This document shows positions 8,100-9,379 of a stretch of DNA of 9,379 nt, in pieces. The translations under genes were made by a program, and so were the position numbers. This stretch comes from Octopus sinensis (taxonomy: Eukaryota). The stretch covers positions 1 to 9,379 of the forward strand of contig NW_021827956.1 of the NCBI RefSeq assembly GCF_006345805.1, given 5' to 3'. A model generated the notes under the pieces. It ran no database searches. It had not been told where the DNA came from and saw nothing but the letters and a program-made list of their open reading frames with translations. Position 1 is the stretch's first letter, and the number at the start of each line of letters is the position of its first letter.

Positions 8100-8230
8100 T
8101 CTTGTATTCTGGATGGTCATTCTTTTGGGTTGTTTGTCGAATAAACACACGCACTATATATTTTTTCGTCACTCGTTTAATACTCTTCTTATTTTATTAT
8201 TTTAACTCATGTCCATTGTCCGGAAATTTT

Positions 8231-8258
8231 GTTCGTCACACATCCATGACCTCTTCAG
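8231..8258 (-). ncRNA. Hammerhead-like core in the left arm of the foldback
   Basis: The minus strand reads CTGAAGA, extra G, GTCA, loop TGGATGTG, TGAC, GAA-C. Stem II has the canonical G-C closing pair, but the A15.1 position is C. Confidence 0.45.
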
Positions 8259-8327
8259 TGACACTTTTCGTTTTCGTGTGTGTTCTCGCTCCACTTACTC
8301 CATTTAGTTCTCAAACGAAAAGTGTCA

Positions 8328-8355
8328 CTGAAGAGGTCACATATGTGTGAGGAAA
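8328..8355 (+). ncRNA. Hammerhead-like core in the right arm of the foldback
   Basis: CTGAAGA (8328-8334), extra G, G-TCACA, loop TATG, TGTGA-G, GAAA (8352-8355). The closing C of stem II is G here. Stems I and III are not cleanly formed. Confidence 0.45.
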
Positions 8356-8415
8356 AAAAAATTTACGTACAATGGACATGAGTTAAAATAATCAAATAAA
8401 AACAGTAATAAACGA

Positions 8416-8601
8416 ATATATATATCCATATATACATATATATATATATATGACGAACGTCTTTCAGTTTTCGTCAACCAAATCCACTCACAAGACCTAA
8501 GGCTGTAGTAGAAGTCATTTATCCAAGCTGCCGCAGTAGGACTGAACCTGGAACATGTGGCTGGGAAGCAAACCTCTTACCACACAACCTATTGTGCGCC
8601 T
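8416..8601 (-). mobile_element. 5' half of an octopus-type tRNA-derived SINE, ending in its internal (TA)n
   Basis: The minus strand reads AGGCGCACAATAGGTTGTGTGGTAAGAGGTTTGCTTCCCAGCCACATG.., with B box GGTTCAGTCC (8548-8539). It continues ..CTTCTACTACAGCC..CTTGTGAGTGGATTTGGTTGACGAAAACTGAAAG.. and then (TA)n. This matches a recalled octopod SINE head. Confidence 0.85.
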
Positions 8602-8683
8602 TTCCTTATAATTTGGCGTAAATGTGTGAAAATTACAAATATGCTTGTGAACGTGTGTGTGTGCGTGTGAACACACACGCTTA

Positions 8684-8782
8684 TATACATACATACATAC
8701 ATACATACATACATACATACATACATGCATACATACATATATACATATATACATATATATAGATATATATACACATACATAC
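8684..8782. repeat. (CATA)n / TA microsatellite
   Basis: Read directly. Confidence 0.97.
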
Positions 8783-8998
8783 AAGATCCAGGGATCGAGG
8801 TGCAGGAAGAAAGTTAGCTTCAAGCAAGCCGTAGTAAATATAATAAAAAACACTTTCAGGGACAATAGTGGTTTATTAAGACTGGAGGTTATGGATTTCT
8901 TCCGTAGCGAAGTAAGATAAGCTGAAAAAAGTTCTTTTTATGTTTCACGGTAGGCGACCGGGGTTGCCGGGTATGCGAATAAGAATATAAGTGCTAAA

Positions 8999-9370
8999 GA
9001 ATGGAGTTGATAAGATCCGTTGTAAACATGTTTCATAACGAGCGGAACCTCGGAAGTGGTAAACATCCAAGCGAAGTGCATACCGCAGGCTAATCTTCAG
9101 GCTGCAAAGAGGTAGATGTTAACACATGAAAGATTTAATCAGATGTGTAGAGAGCACATTAGGAGTGGAGAATAAATTCCTGTTATTCCTAATTCATCTC
9201 TACATTTATATTCTCCATTCCCACTCTTGAATCTTCCATGTATTAACATGAATCTCCTTGCGACAATCTAAACTTTTACTTAATTAAGATATTCTTGGCC
9301 TGAAGAGTAGCCTGCTTGGATATTTACCACTTTTGATGTTCTGCTAGCCCGGATCTTATCTACTCCATTC
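8999..9370. repeat. Old imperfect inverted duplication (arms about 8999-9164 and 9187-9370) with arm-specific indels; possibly a Penelope-like pseudo-LTR pair
   Basis: Shared blocks (left + versus right reverse complement): GAATGGAGT.GATAAGATCCG; AAGTGGTAAA.ATCCAAGC; GCAGGCTA.TCTTCAGGC; ATGTTAA.ACATG.AAGATT.AA; TGTAGAGA; ATTAGGA. Confidence 0.85.
9019..9107 (-). ncRNA. Hammerhead-like motif with a long stem II and palindromic stem III (degenerate)
   Basis: The minus strand has CTGAAGA (9100-9094). Stem II is interrupted: TAGC/GTTA, GCGG/CCGC and ACTTCG/CGAGGT. GAAA (9034-9031) is followed by CATGT, giving the palindrome ACATGT and a GUU triplet. Stem I is imperfect (TTGCA/TACAA, off register by 2 nt). 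Confidence 0.5.
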
Positions 9371-9379
9371 CATAACTCT

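Larger units (their letters stand above)
8173..8415. mobile_element. Foldback / MITE-like element with about 101-103 bp inverted arms and a 39-nt spacer
   Basis: Arms are 8173-8273 and 8313-8415. Perfect blocks are 8247-8273 with 8313-8339 (27 bp) and 8196-8219 with 8369-8392 (24 bp). The inverted repeat is certain; mobility is inferred. Confidence 0.75.

Noticed and set aside
8451-8457. TGACGAA as an extension of the foldback arm (complement of TTCGTCA at 8165-8171)
   Set aside because: It falls inside the minus-strand SINE just before its (TA)n, so the 7-bp match is probably coincidental.

Overview
Repeat-dense, AT-rich eukaryotic DNA with no recognisable host protein-coding gene. The microsatellite load and the SINE families resemble octopus (coleoid cephalopod) genomes; this is inferred from recalled SINE consensus sequences, not from a search. 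Contents: (i) a 5'-truncated, mildly decayed CR1-clade LINE reverse transcriptase (1-1052, minus); (ii) a 1.2-kb (TATG)n array with higher-order repeats; (iii) a decayed, near full-length Tc1 transposon (4432-5565); (iv) four SINE copies or fragments; (v) two foldback (long inverted repeat) elements, 8173-8415 and 8999-9370; (vi) many simple repeats. Most ORFs in the track are microsatellite artefacts. The most interesting signal is a set of hammerhead-ribozyme-like cores (CUGANGA, one extra nucleotide, stem II, GAA(A)) of the minimal type known from Penelope-like elements. They occur in three unrelated units: at the 3' end of a SINE with two Pol III-like heads, and in the arms of both head-to-head foldbacks (the 9300 copy has lost its GAAA half). 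Every copy here carries lesions, so activity is unproven.
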